NCBI RefSeq assembly: GCF_009914755.1
Contig: NC_060937.1
Reading direction: 5' to 3' (one strand)
From: the human T2T-CHM13v2.0 reference genome, Homo sapiens
DNA: 64,000 nucleotides
Position 1 is the first letter of the stretch. Every line of letters starts with the position of its first letter. A program made the translations under genes and the position numbers. The notes under the pieces are model-generated. The model worked only from the letters and a program-made list of their open reading frames with translations. It was not told the origin of the DNA and searched no databases. Positions 1-13,800 of the stretch are shown here, piece by piece.

Positions 1-128
1 GCCAATCACTGGGTTACAGAGAGGGAAGGTTTTCCCATTTCATAGGAAAAACAGCAGGCCTGAAGTGAAGTGATTTGCCCGTAGTCATGGAGTAATCAGT
101 GAAAACACCAAGTTAACACAAGTTGAGC

Positions 129-152
129 AAAAAAAAAAAAAAAAAAAAAAAA
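129..152. repeat. Poly(A)24
   Basis: Direct count. Confidence 0.9.
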
Positions 153-728
153 GGACTTTTTGTCAAAGAAGCCTGTGTTATTTCCACACACTATTTTCAT
201 ACTTTTAATTTCCATTTGAATGTTTACATCGGATCCGCTAAAGCTGAATGACAGGGCAAACAAATTTGGCATTGAGTACTACCCACAGAATCAAACATTG
301 TTTAGTAAAAAATGGTCTGAGATTGATCAACCTTGGTTTAATAGTATTAAAATTCAAAATTTTCTGTAAAGAAACAGAAGACAAGAGAATCAGATGGAAT
401 CAAAATAATGTTCTTTTTTTAGTTTTTGTAGAACAGGTGTTCTCAATCTCAGATCTACAAGCTCCTGGACTGACTGGATGAACTTGAAAAGTTCATATCC
501 CTCAAGTCCCTGGAACTGCAAACAAAATTTGGATGAACGTGCAGACATGCAGTTTACTAGAAAGGAGCCAATAACCTTGATAAAATTGTCACAGGGATTA
601 ATACTACACAAAAATGAGCCAGTAATTACTGCCATGGAAGTTAATACCCAGGCTATCACAACAAGGTCTATTCAGAATTTTTTTAATGTTTATTTTGTTC
701 AGAAATATGAGGAAAGTATTAGCTGTAA

Positions 729-1184
<456 letters not shown>

Positions 1185-1458
1185 CCTACACTGTCATTCT
1201 TGCTTGATATGTCAAAGAGTGAGTCCTTCTCCCCACTCCCTATGATGGTTGTACTGGGCCCACTAACTGCTGATGCTTCCTTTGTGACATCTCACTTGGG
1301 GTTGATGGCTCAGCCCCAGGTGGCCCTCCCATGTCCCCATATTGGATGAATAGATTTGGATTTTAGCAGAACTTAGACAGTAGATACTAAAGGGACAGGA
1401 GGAGCAGTGTTGCCATCTTCAGCATATCCTCAGAGCAGCAGTAAAAATGGTAGGAACA

Positions 1459-2533
1459 TGATACGGTTTGGCTATGTCCCCACTGAAATCTCATCTTAAA
1501 TTCCCACATGTTGTGGGAAGGGTCCGGTAGGAGGTAATTGAACCATGAGGGCAGGTGTTTCCCATGCTGTTATCATGATAGTGAATAAGTCTCACGAGAT
1601 CTGATGACTTTATAAGGTGGAGTTTCCCTGCACAAGCTTGCACCTTCTTGTCTTCCACTGTGATTGTGAGGCTTCCCCAGCCATGTGGAACTGTAAGTCC
1701 AACAAACCCTTTTTCCTGCATAAATTACTAGTCTTAGGTATGTCTTTATCAGCAGCATGAAAAGGGACCAATACAGTGAATTGATACCAGTGGAATGAGC
1801 ACTGGTGAAAAGATACCTGAAAATGTTGAAGCAACTTTGAAACTGGGTAACAAGCGGAGATTGGAAGGGTTTGGAGGGCTTAGAAGAAGATAGGAAATGT
1901 AGGAAAGTTTAGAACTCCCTAGAAATTTGACGAATGACTTTGAACAAAATGCTGATAATTATATGGACGATGAAAACCAGGCTGAGGTGGTATCAGATGA
2001 AGATAAGGAACTTTTTGGGAACTGGAGCAAAGGTGACTCTTGTTATGTTTTAGCAAAGAAACTAGCAGCATTTTGGCCCTGCCCTGGAGGTTTGTGTAAC
2101 TTTGAACTTGAGAGATGATTTAGGGTATCTGTGGAAGAAATTTCTAAGCAGCAAAGCATTCAAGAGGTGACTTGGGTGGGTTAAAGGCATTCAGTTTTAA
2201 AAGGGAAACAGAGCATAAGAGTTTGGAAAATTTGCAGCCTGACAATGCGATAGAAAAGAAAATCCCATTTTCTGAGGAGAAATCTAAGCCGGCTGAAGAA
2301 ATTTGCACATGTAATGAGCCAAATTTTAATCCCCAAGACAATGGGGAAAATGTCTCCAGATCATGTTAGAGATCTTCATGACAGCCCCTCCTATCACAAG
2401 CTGGGAGGCCTAGGAGGGAAATATGGTTTCATGGGCTGGGCCCAGGGTCCCCATGCTGAGGATTTGGTGCCCTGTGCCCCAGACAATGTCGAGCTCCAGC
2501 TGTGGTTTCATAGGGTGCAAGCCTCAAGCCTTG
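1459..2533 (+). mobile_element. THE1 (MaLR) 5' LTR (1459-1775) plus truncated internal region
   Basis: Starts TGATACGGTTTGGCTATGTCCCCAC, LTR ends ...GGACCAATACA, followed by THE1-int-like AAAGATACCTGAAAATG...GCAACTTTGAAACTGGGTAAC. Confidence 0.85.
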
Positions 2534-2785
2534 TACGCTGCTGATAGGAATGGAAATTGGTATAGCCATTAGGTAAAACGGTAGAAAAATTTCTCAAAGA
2601 ACTGAAAATACAACTTCTATATGATGCAGTAATCCCATTTCTGGGCATGCATCCAAATAATATAAAACCAGTATGTCAAAGAGATATCTTCATTCCCATG
2701 TTTGTTGCAGCATTATTCACGATAGCCAAGATATGGAATCAACCTAAGTGTCTATCAGTGAATGAACGGATAAAGAAAATGTTGC

Positions 2786-2825
2786 AGATAGATAGATAGG
2801 TAGATAGATAGATGATATATAGATA

Positions 2826-2867
<42 letters not shown>
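2786..2867. repeat. Compound (GATA)n-(GA)n microsatellite
   Basis: Seen directly. Confidence 0.9.
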
Positions 2868-2870
<3 letters not shown>

Positions 2871-3134
2871 CTATTCAGCCACACACATAAATAAAACCAC
2901 GTCATTTGCAACAACATGAATATACCTGGAGGATACTATGCTAAGTGAAAAAAAATTAGGCATAGAAAGACAAATCCTGCAGGGTCTCATTTATATGTGT
3001 AACCTGAAAAAAGTTAAATTTGTAGAAACAGAAAGCAGAATGGTGGTTACCAGAGTACCAGAGACTGATATGGGGGTTAGGAGATAGTGGGGCAGTTGCA
3101 GAGATGTTGGTCAAAGAGCCAAAGTTTCAGCTAA

Positions 3135-3391
<257 letters not shown>

Positions 3392-5399
3392 AAGAGTAGA
3401 TTTTAAATGTTCTCACTACATCTGTGGCACTAGATATGAAAGAAAAAATGAAATAAAATGAATGTTCTCACTACCAAAAAGTATGTGAGGTGATGGATAT
3501 GTTAATTTACTTGATTTAATCATTTTACATTGTATACATATATCAAAACATCATATTGTACATCTTAAATGTGTAAATTTGTATTAGAGAATGATATCTT
3601 AATAAAGCTGCTGGGGGAAAAAATGCCCAATTTTAGAAAAGGTGTTCATATACAATCCATCTAAAACCCAGCACATTTAAGATTATAATAATCTTGTACT
3701 AAAAACTGATTAATCTAGTCTAAAAACTAATTTCTTAAGCTGATTGTAGAAAGAGATTTTAGAGTTAATCAAAAGTAAATTCTTCTCAAATGTTTATGCT
3801 AATTCTGTAATAGTAACCAAGACACAGGAAGCAGAAAAGCCGGGGGGAAAAAATAGCCCATCATGGGTAAATCTTACTTGATAACTTTAAAAAATCTATA
3901 TTCCTAGGAAAAGATAGGTTATTCTGTAGCCATGGTAAGAGTAGCCACCAGAACTCCTTTAAATTCAGTTTACACAATGACAACTTGCCCCAGGGAACAC
4001 ACTTTATTTTGTAAGTCAGCAGTCAGTAACAGCTCCTTACCTATCAGGAATCAGCCAGGCAAGAATAGACTCAGACTCAGTCCTCTAAACTTGCCTGTAA
4101 GTGTCAACCAATCCAAGGTAGCCTCATCTGGATAATTATGTCTCGACAGATGATGTCAACCCACTCCTGAAAATCTGTCAAACTCCCTCCCTTCTTCCCT
4201 GAAATGATACGAACAGTCTGTTCCTCAGAGAGAGACTGTACTTGACCAAGGTAGTTCTTCTTTACTACAGTAAACCATAAACTTCTCTTTGTGGTTTTTG
4301 TTTCATTTACTAAGTGGTCACCTCAAAATCCTTTGACAGTCTATGTTACAGTGATGTCTTTTTTTAAATCAGTGTCTACCACTGAGCAACAAGCTTCATG
4401 AAGGCAGAGGCTGACTTCGTGTTTGCTACTGTTGCATTCCTGCTGCCTGACACAGAAAATACACTCTTCACACTTGTTGAATAAATACGTGAGTGCATGC
4501 AGGGATGGATGGACGGATATATGGGTACGCAGATGGGTGAGTGGTAGGCTGAATGGTGAATGGGTAGGTAGGTGAATGCCTCAGTAAAAGGCAGAATCAT
4601 ATTGGCATCTAAAGGTTCTAGGAGATGGTACTCTGGGTGAAGAATCAAAGATCACATAGAGGACACCAATAGCAAATGTCATGAAAAGATCTTGTACACA
4701 GAAATAGGGATTATATGTGAGACACTGGCAAAGATTCTCAAAATAGTGATAAATTTTAATGGGATCTTTTTCTGGCTTTCTAGAAGATGAGGACAGGTTT
4801 ATGAGAGAGGAATTGATTCAGAGACAGTAGTGTCTCAATGCAAAAATAATCTAATTTTTACCCTTTATCAGGTGAGACCTGAAGAAAATGAGGTTACTAT
4901 CAAAGTCTAGAATCTATCACCCCCAATGTAGAGTAGAGAGTGTGGAAGCCACGTTTTAGCATTTAATTTATTCAAGTCAAGTTGTCTCAGGTTGGGTTTC
5001 ACAGAAGCAGAGCCCAAGATAGGGATCGTTGCCCAGGCAATTTATTGAGGAAGAGCTCAGAAAATTGGAAGTGAAGTGACAGAAGCAGCAAAGTTCAGGG
5101 GAAAAATTAAGCAAGAATATAGTCTCAAATAGAGACTAGCTTCAATGTGATCCCACAGGAAAGCTCTGAAGTATGAATTACCCCACAGAGTTGGTCTCAT
5201 TGGCTTTGGTCTGAGGTGGCTTTGGTCTGATGAGAGTCTTAGCCACTCTATTGCGGGGGCTCCTGGCTGGATAGGGGTAATTCTCTGAGAAAGGAGAAGG
5301 TGTGAATGTTTACCAGCCAATACTCACAACTGCTAGGAGATGGGTGCGCCTTGGAGATCTGTACAAAGCAAAAACAGCATTCTCTATACAAGGCTAGGA

Positions 5400-5615
5400 C
5401 AGAGTTTCTCAACTGTGCCAGTACTGCCATTTAGGATTAGAAAATTCCTCGTTATGCAGGAGATATCCTGTGTATTGAAGAAGCTTTATCACATCCCTGG
5501 CCTCTACCCACTAGAGAGCAGTAGCATTCCTCCACCAATTGTGAGAACCGGAAATATCTCCAAACCTTGCCAAATATCTGCTGGAGGCCAAAATTGCCCT
5601 GGTTGAGAACAACTG
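5400..5615 (-). mobile_element. MER20 (hAT-Charlie) DNA transposon relic
   Basis: TIR-like ends CAGAGTTTCTCAAC ... GTTGAGAACAACTG; internal CATCCCTGGCCTCTACCCACTAGA. Confidence 0.85.
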
Positions 5616-8329
5616 AGTTAGTGCAAGAAGCAAAGGAGGGAGTCAGTTAAGTAACTTTATCCTTTTGCAGCAAGAACAGTGTCTGACACAGAAGAGTTAC
5701 TCATCAGAGCTTTTGAACAATATTCCAAACTGTGGGGGATGAAAAAGGTATTTTCAAAGAAAGAATTCACAGATGACTATGTAGTAAAGACTATTTCAAC
5801 AATTACACCCTGTTAGAGTACCGAAGTATGTACCTATTAATTTTATTGAATGCATAGATAAATACTTCTACCTCAATGTAACACATTTCTCCCTAAATAT
5901 TACAGTGTTTTTTCAAGTCACGATGTACCTGTCACCATGGGTTTTTGACAGTAACAATTATCATAAACTCTTATTCTTGAGACTGGAAAAGTGAAAAGAA
6001 ATCCATTGTCAAAAATAGCTCATAGGTGGGGGATCAGGCTAGACAGAACATGAGCAGCACTAAGCAAAAAAAATGGGTAGAGTGAACAAAGCTTAAAGCA
6101 GTACATCAATACAGGAGAAAGGAGAGAGAGGGCACCAGTTGCATTGATTTAAGGGGAGACTGAGAACATACTCTAAGGTATTTCTGTGATCAGAGGCTCA
6201 GCAGGGCAGGTATCCAGCTAAACACCAGCAGCAAGTATGTGAATTGGTCAGGGAGACCTCAGGTTCAGCAATGAGATGCCCTTCCTATCTGTCTCCTTGA
6301 TGACTGTTTATGGTTCCCTTACTTAAGGCTCAGTTGAGTTTTTGTCTTCGCTGTGAAAACTTGTCTGGCTCTCCCCACAGGTAGAGAGAATGTTTCCCTC
6401 TACTGTTCTTCCACTGCACCCAGGACATAGCCATCTTATAATATTTGCCACATTGTTTTTTCACTATTGGTTTGTTTGCCATTCTCCCCAGTGAAGTGGC
6501 GAGAGTCCTAGGACAGAGCTTTTTGCTCATTTATCTTTATGACTTCAGCCTCTAAAACATGTATACAACATTCATTTGGCAAACCTTCACTGAATACTTG
6601 CTATGAATCAGATAGTGTGTTATGAACCAGATATGGTCTGCCTCAACCCTGATGTTCTTTTCTACTTTCCTATAAGGAGAAGATGCTGACCCATCCACCC
6701 TCCATAAAGAAAGTATTACTTCTCATTCCTTTAAGAAGGACCAGTCACCTTATTACCTAAGGGTCTCCATGCCTCTGTGATGGACTCTGGTCACCACTCT
6801 CCCTCCCAGAAGAAGCCACCGCATTGTGATGGATTCAGTGTCTCATAAAGTCAGTATGCCCTGGGCACTGCCTATAATTCAAGTCAGCCTATGAAGGAAT
6901 AAGCCTGGAGCACAGAATCCCTGCTCTAGCTAATTAGCATTATACATGTAATGTATGACTCTGTCAATGAGCCACTGATGCAGAATGCCATCAGCAAAGT
7001 GGAATATCGACATTTTATATGTCTCTACTGGATTGCCTGATTTTTATTTCTAGTTTGTAAAATCTTAGTAAATCAGAACCACCACTTCTCCAGATTTTTG
7101 TATTACTAAAACCTAATCTGCCCTTTCAGTGATATTGGAAAAATAATAATTATGTTATATTGGAGGAGTCAAATGAATTCTGATATCTCAATAGATTTTT
7201 TTATTCACATAACCAGTCTTAGGACTTGCAACATACTTCAAGAAAGAAGCCATATTTAGAATCAATTTTTATTTAGAGACATTAACTAGCTCTTTTAATA
7301 GTCTGGTTTCCCTCTCTCTAATATTATCCAGAACACTTCCAAAATATGTTGATATTTACAGTTATAATACACAAGCACTTTCAGTCACATAATTCCCAGG
7401 TGACATCAGAGTAATACCATCTCAAAGGAAGAAAGGTTTTATTAACTTTTTACTATTTCTATTGCATAAAATATATGTTTATATATTTTATATGCACATA
7501 TGTATCTTTTTCTATTATTTCTGTAATATTCTCCTACAGGGACCATTGTAGCAGACCCAGCATCTAAGGCATTATTTTGAAGCACCTCCAGTAGCATGTC
7601 TGGGAATATAATAATATTGTGAGTATTGTAAGCTACATGCTCCGGGGAACATGGACAGTAAATAGCTGAAGTCAAATATCCCATCATGGCTGAAGGTAAA
7701 ACGGCAATTTCTTTTACATCGTATACCTCTAACAGCATACCCGATAAAAGCCATGTTTTTCTAGATAAAACACAGAACCCAATGATACGTTATTTTTTCC
7801 TGAGTTAAGATTCATCTAGCTTAAATGCATATTTTTGCAAAATCCATCCACCCACACTCTAAAGCTATACTCAAGTACGCAGCCAGACAGACATCAACAA
7901 GAAGAAATCTTGAGGAATTAGAAAGAGTAAGTATCAATATGTCAAAAAATATTTGTTTAGCTACATAATTAAAAGAAGAAGGCTGCTTTTATAATTTAAG
8001 TGGCAAGATACACATTTTAAAATGTTATTTTATTTCAAAGTCTAAAGTAACAGTGTAATAGCTGTAAAAAAATGTTCACTGGTGTTTAAGACATTACAGC
8101 TATGATCTATAACCAGAATTCGGTATGAATATCTTTCAGCGTAATAGCTTTTTATCAGGAAAAGATCAAAGAAATTTAACAGCCTTTTTATAAAATTATA
8201 GCCTTCCTTCCTTTGATGACAGTACAGTAGATGTGGGCGTGTACACATTTACATTAATGTGTGCTCTTCGGGAAAAACTTGGGGTCAAATTTTCTTGCTT
8301 ATGGTCATGTTGAGTTTCATTAGCCCTAC

Positions 8330-9817
8330 TAGTTCCACTTCTATTCCTTGTGAAATCTATTTTCTACCCTAAAGGTGAAGTACAAAGTGTGACCCATGAG
8401 GAGGTGTGCTGCACTCCAAAATAACTATGTGGATTTTCCATTTTATACAGGCAGAAATTCAGGGGAACATGTGTGGGAATGCATAAAAATGGTGTTGGAT
8501 AATGGTGGAAGGAATATGAAGTCGGATCAAGCCAAATTTGTTGATAATGGCTCACTAAGTAGAGATTCTGCATTTAATGTTGCATCCTAGGAAGTTAGAA
8601 AGGGCTCTAACATTTTGTTTGGTTGAGTGGCTGAAACATGGACCAAAAGGCAGCCCACAGTGAGTGAACTAAAAATGCTTAATGTGCCTTGGTTTAACAC
8701 AGAGGAAGTGATTCAAAAGCGTCAGGAGATCACACTGTTAGAGTGGATTGGTCATTTAAGACCTACTCACCCACACTGACAAAGTCATACCTTTAACCAA
8801 TAATGTGAGAAATAAATCTGTGAGTGATGCTCCAGCATCCTTGAAGAGCTCTGTGATAGTCAAGATTCAAGAATTCAAGTCCAGGAATCAAGGGAAAGAA
8901 ATAAAAGTGGTATCACTCACTATTAAACCTAGTGACCCACTAGTAAAATTTTTGCTTTCTGTTCCCACGATCTTAGGCTTTGCTGGCCTAGAGGTCTTAG
9001 TTCTGATTGGAAGAAGCCTCCACTGAGAGAGATAATGATGCCATTGAAGAGGAAATTAAGACTGCCACCTGGCCACTTTGAACTTCTCATGCCTTTGAAT
9101 CAACAGGCAAAGTAGGGATTACTGTGTTGATGGGATGACTCATCTTGACTACCGAAGGGAAATTGGACTACCACTTCACAACGGAGTTAAGGAAGAGTAT
9201 GTCAAGAGTAGAGAAGATCCCTTAGGGCATCTCTTAGTATTACTATACCCTATGATTGAGGTCAACGGAAAACTACAACAACCAATGCACACAGGACTAC
9301 TAATGGCCCAGACACTTTAGAATGAAAGTTTGGGTTACTCCATTAGACAAAGAATAATGACTGGCTGAGGAATACAAAATAGATAGTTTAAAAAAAAAAA
9401 AAAAACAGGTATAAATACCATCTATGACCACATGACCAGTTACAGAAGTGAGGATTAATTGTCACTGGTATTTCTTCCTTATTTTGTTATAAATATGTCT
9501 GTATGTGCATATATGTAGCAAATCTCTTTTTCTTTCCTCTCTTATTTCCTCACCATGTAATATAAGATATATCAATTTTATATCATAAAATTTAAGTATT
9601 GTTAATTTTACATCATTCAAGGACTTTACCACCTCTTCTAAGGAAAGGGTTAATGAGTTTTCAGTTGTACACAGGATACATGTATCTGAGTTTTCAGTCG
9701 TACACAGGATACCTGTATCATGTTAAGTGGAATTATAATCTGGTTATTTTCTTCATTTGGAGATTATATATGGTTTAAAGAGATGTGAATGGATACCAAG
9801 ATGACAAATGGTTGACT
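8330..9817 (+). mobile_element. ERV-L internal region, internally deleted (gag remnant joined to dUTPase/3' remnant)
   Basis: Gag-like peptide remnants (SGEHVWECIKMVLDNGGRNMK.DQAKFVD.GSLSRDSAFNV) and dUTPase-like remnants (RLPPGHF; DYRREIGLPLHNGVKEEYV); abuts an MLT2 LTR. Confidence 0.8.
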
Positions 9818-10168
9818 TGTATTAGTTAATTTTATGTGTCAACTTGGCTGAGCCATGAGGTACCCAGATTATTTGGTTGAAAATTATTATAGATGTGTTT
9901 GTGAGGGTGTTTCTAGAAGAGATTAATAACCGAATCAGTAGACTGAGTAAAGGAAATTGCCCTCTCCCATGTGAGTGGGCCTTATTTAATTCATTGAAGG
10001 TCTGAATAGAATAAAAAGTGCAATAAGGGAGAATTCACTCTCTTCCTGTTTTTGAGCTAAGATAATAGTTTTTTCCTGCACTCCAAAGGAAACGCTTACC
10101 ATTGGCTCTTTTGGTTCTCAGGCATTCACACATAGAAGATATAAATATCTGTATTTAGATAGAGAGAT

Positions 10169-10211
<43 letters not shown>

Positions 10212-10253
10212 CTTCTGTTGGTTCTGTCACTCTGGAGAACCATGACTAATATA
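9818..10253 (+). mobile_element. MLT2 (ERV-L) 3' LTR containing a (GATA)n tract
   Basis: Starts TGTATTAGTTAATTTTATGTGTCAACTTG; ends TTGGTTCTGTCACTCTGGAGAACCATGACTAATATA. Confidence 0.85.
10169..10211. repeat. (GATA)10 tetranucleotide STR
   Basis: Uninterrupted run, seen directly. Confidence 0.95.
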
Positions 10254-10696
10254 TCCACATATTTTGACAAAGCTGAATTAAACCAGAGTTTAAAATTTTC
10301 AGTAACAAATCCTTATGGAACAATTTTAATTACATATTAAAAATTTAATAGTGCATTGTATATCTACACATTTAAATATTGCAAATTGGTTGTTAATTTA
10401 TTAAACGATTCAAATTCAGTAAGAATTTTTTGGGAAAAAGACTGAGATTTATTCAAAATCTTGGGATATTTATGTTATGTTTTATAGCTCACATTTGAAA
10501 ACAAAATATAAACATAAACATATTAATTCTTAACATAGGGTTAAGATGACATATCTTCTTCTTTAAAAATCATTTTAAAAAATCCAGCAATATGAAGGAC
10601 AGAAATTAAGTAACTTTCCTAAGGTCACACATCCAATAAATGGATATAAAGGAAGAGGAAGGAGATGTAATAAACCCTTCTTGTACTTATTTTTAG

Positions 10697-10981
<285 letters not shown>

Positions 10982-11459
10982 TAACATTATTTTGAATGTG
11001 TTTTGATTGAAAAATCTTATTCATATGTAAATATATCCATTGAGTAAAGATATACAAACACTGATATTTGTTAGGAAGCAATACCAATGATGTTTTATTT
11101 TGTGCCCTCAGTGACAAGTTATTTACTCTACTAACACTAAAGGTTTATAAATGTGATAGAAGCAGCCCACTAATGTTTTATAATAGGTGAGAAAATGTGT
11201 ACATTTCTGGCAGCAAAGTATCAAAACCTAGCTCATTGATAAAGCACATTGCATATGAGGTTTTATCATAACTATTGCTCTTAAAGTGGGACCCAATGTC
11301 TTAAAAGAAGGGAGAGAAAGAAATGGTTTGTAGCATGATCAATATCTGTCTTAAGCAATCATATTTAAACCTGTTGAGTTGTACAAATTCAGTTCTAGGG
11401 TGGGGCTTCCACTCACCTTTCAAGAGAATTTAGTGCAACTTTTAAGACAAATCTAAATA

Positions 11460-11804
11460 TAGTTATGCATTGCTTAATGACGAGAATACGTTCCGATAAA
11501 TGCATTGATAGGCGATTTCATCATTGTGTGTATATTATAGTGTATTCACATAAACCTACATGTTATAGCCTACTCCACACCTGGGCTATATGGTATAGCC
11601 CATTGTTCCTAGGCTACAAACCTGTATAGCATGTTACCGTACTGAGTAGGTAATTATAACACAATGAAAGTATTTGTGTATCTAAACACATCTAACCACA
11701 GAAAAGGTGCAGTAAAAATAAGGTATTATAATCTTATGGGACTACCATCATATATGCAGTCCATTGTGGACTTATCAGCATAATGCCCTTATCAGCATAT
11801 GACT
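11460..11804. mobile_element. Tigger3/MER7A-like TcMar-Tigger MITE
   Basis: Motifs TAGGCGATTTCATCATTGTG, ATAGCCTACTCCACACCTGGGCTATATGGTATAGCC and ATTATAATCTTATGGGACTACC. Confidence 0.8.
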
Positions 11805-12056
11805 TTTAACTCTTTAATTTATGAACACGTTTTGTTATAAATCTAACAAAGGTGGTAACTAAAAAGAAAAAAATAGTTATCCACAAAGCCATCAGTACAG
11901 GCCAATGATTTTTTTTTTTTTTGCCTGTTCGTCCAGTTCTTGTTTGTATCTCATAATTCATAGATTGTAATCATAGGAATGCATACTTAATATAAATTTT
12001 CTGTGTCTTTTCCTCACATAATTATCATCTCAAATATATACATACCAATATCATGA

Positions 12057-12383
<327 letters not shown>

Positions 12384-13459
12384 TGAATCAATATTAAATT
12401 TTAATTTATCTTTCCATTTTCTTTGAGACACTTAGTTTTTTTTTGTGCCTTCTCTCTTTTATTAATAATACTACCATAAACATTTTTGTATAGCATTCAT
12501 TTCACTTTTGGATTAGTTCCTAGAATAAATTCTTGACATTATGATAACTGTTTCAAAGGAATAAAAATATTCTCTCCCATTTCAAGAGGGAACTAATATA
12601 CTAAGAATTAATTAATTCCTTTCCAACAATTCTGATAACAGCATATACACCCTCCATAACTTAGTCACGTTTTTAATTTTCCTTTTTTTCTTGAGCTTTG
12701 GAAGATTCATTTATACAGCAGCAGATCCTATTAAATCAGCTCCCCTTGAGTCAGTACAGTTTGTGAAAAATGAATACTCAGAAATTACAGTATAAAATAC
12801 CACACGGACGACCTTCCAAAGTCTCCTTCCCTGGCTCCGTCCCCGGGTCACACCTCCAGAGCTAGTCATTTGCTTCCAGAGTGCACTGTCGTCCCAGTGC
12901 TGGGCCTGGGTCTCTGCTCAGCTCTGATTCCTGAGTCCCTGAATGAAGAAGAAATGAAGAGCATGGAAGACTCCAGGCGCACAATCTTCTTGGCCGGACA
13001 AACAGCCTGCTGGAGACACTTGCGTTTGAACTGTCCAGGCTGCCGACAAGATGCTGTTTTCTCCTATATCTCACGAAGGCTGTGGCATTAAACGTTTGTC
13101 TCCATTTGCTTTTCACCAAGTTCTTCCAGATCTGGGTGCTGAGGGACTCGTGGGTTTTCTTTTCCTTTTAATTTTGATTTTTGTTGTTGTTTTGCTTTTC
13201 TGAGAACTTAAGAGGTAAAAATGGAGCTGGAGATCTTTCCAACTAATTTCCTTCTGCCGTTTCAAAATTTGTTTAATAGAATAGTGGAGCTTATTTCACT
13301 TGGATATATCTTTGAAACACAAATAATGGACCAACTATGTTGACAGACAGGAGTCTAGTGTAGAAGAACCCAGTCATGGCATCTGTACTACCTGGGTTCA
13401 AATCTCAGCTTAGCTACCTGGGTCTTGGTGCCACCTTTTAAAGGAGACACTGGAAAAGC

Positions 13460-13800
13460 AGAGCAAACAAAATTATGAGGGTCTGGGAAACATGCCCCAA
13501 GGAACAGTTGAACGAAGCAGCAATGTTTAGTCTGGAGATACGGTCACACGATGAGAATGTGCTTGCTGACCTGGAAAACCTGAAGAGCTGTCCTGGAGAA
13601 GACAGAGTTGATAGATTCTGTTTCATGTTGGAGAAGAGAACACATAGAAGTCACAGGAGGCAGTTTTGCCTTTATAGAGGATGGTGTTTCTAATAATTAT
13701 AGTGTTTTAGGAATGAGCCTGGCTTCCACCTGGAGCAGCAAGCTTCTTTCCACTAGAAGATTTCTAGCAGCAGCCAAATGACCACCTATCCTAGGTGGCA
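13460..13800 (+). mobile_element. L3/CR1 LINE 3' fragment
   Basis: Frame 13475+ reads KEQLNEAAMFSLEIR...DLENLKSC, resembling the CR1 ORF2 C-terminus ([20 protein letters not shown]...YLKG). Confidence 0.6.

Noticed and set aside
4980-5390. Probable old LTR fragments (also about 15545-16100 and 59260-59700)
   Set aside because: LTR-like end motifs are visible, but family and boundaries cannot be assigned reliably by eye.
8396-9320. Functional retroviral gag/dUTPase genes
   Set aside because: Broken by stops, frameshifts and a large deletion; relic only.
11411-11420. Strong minus-strand donor AAG|GTGAGT as a lncRNA exon end
   Set aside because: No matching acceptor or exon could be defined; such 9-mers occur by chance in 64 kb.
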